Position numbers and translations under genes: made by a program. A stretch of DNA of 52,861 nucleotides, counting the filler, from Bipalium vagum (lineage: Eukaryota): NCBI GenBank assembly GCA_037834085.1. It is 2 parts of 2 records of this genome, joined end to end, with 100 filler letters (N's around TTAATTAATTAA, not from the genome) between each part and the next. Parts side by side here need not be neighbours in the genome. Positions count along the whole stretch, not along the records: positions 23,434 to 52,861 come from JBBMKC010028915.1; 1 more part is not named here. The stretch is one strand, 5' to 3'. The notes under the pieces are model-generated. The model did not search any database. It worked only from the letters and a program-made list of their open reading frames with translations, and was not told the DNA's origin. Every line of letters starts with the position of its first letter. The stretch's first letter is position 1. This document shows, in pieces, positions 52,775 through 52,861 of this stretch.

Positions 52775-52861
52775 ATAATAAATAATAATAATAATAATGC
52801 TAGTAATAATAATGATAATAATAATAATAATGATAATAATAATAATAATAATAATAATAAT
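52775..52861. repeat. (AAT)n degenerate microsatellite
   Basis: Runs to the window end. Confidence 0.9.

Noticed and set aside
1-52861. Prokaryotic systems such as CRISPR arrays, operons or defence islands
   Set aside because: No regularly spaced repeat-spacer array or operon structure; genes are spliced and of animal type. ABCF3 has eukaryotic GCN20/ABCF3 features rather than bacterial ABC-F.

Overview
Very AT-rich animal (metazoan) genomic DNA with GT-AG spliceosomal introns. It is not prokaryotic, so most short ORF-track entries are exon pieces or transposon debris. Four genes could be assembled by hand, all on the + strand: the 3' part of a netrin (4 exons, 4490-12254), a complete 11-exon three-domain gelsolin/severin-like gene (24717-26378; 389 aa), an intronless ABCF3/GCN20-like gene (35211-37328), and the 5' part of a divergent ionotropic glutamate receptor/IR-family gene with signal peptide, ATD and S1 (8 exons, 40485-51059, running off the window). 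A small spliced orphan gene may lie on the - strand, tail-to-tail with ABCF3. Intron sizes are sharply bimodal: 43-54 nt mini-introns versus kb-sized introns filled with decayed and often nested DNA transposons (mariner, Tc1/maT, Tigger, hAT, Merlin, piggyBac). The window also has a tRNA-Ala-derived pseudogene, microsatellites and an artificial scaffold spacer. The organism cannot be identified from the sequence; a fast-evolving, intron-compacted invertebrate is an inference. No clearly new biological system is demonstrated. The strongest unexplained signals are a strand-skew inversion across the intronless ABCF3 locus, the divergent iGluR, and mini-intron-like modules at the ends of long iGluR introns.
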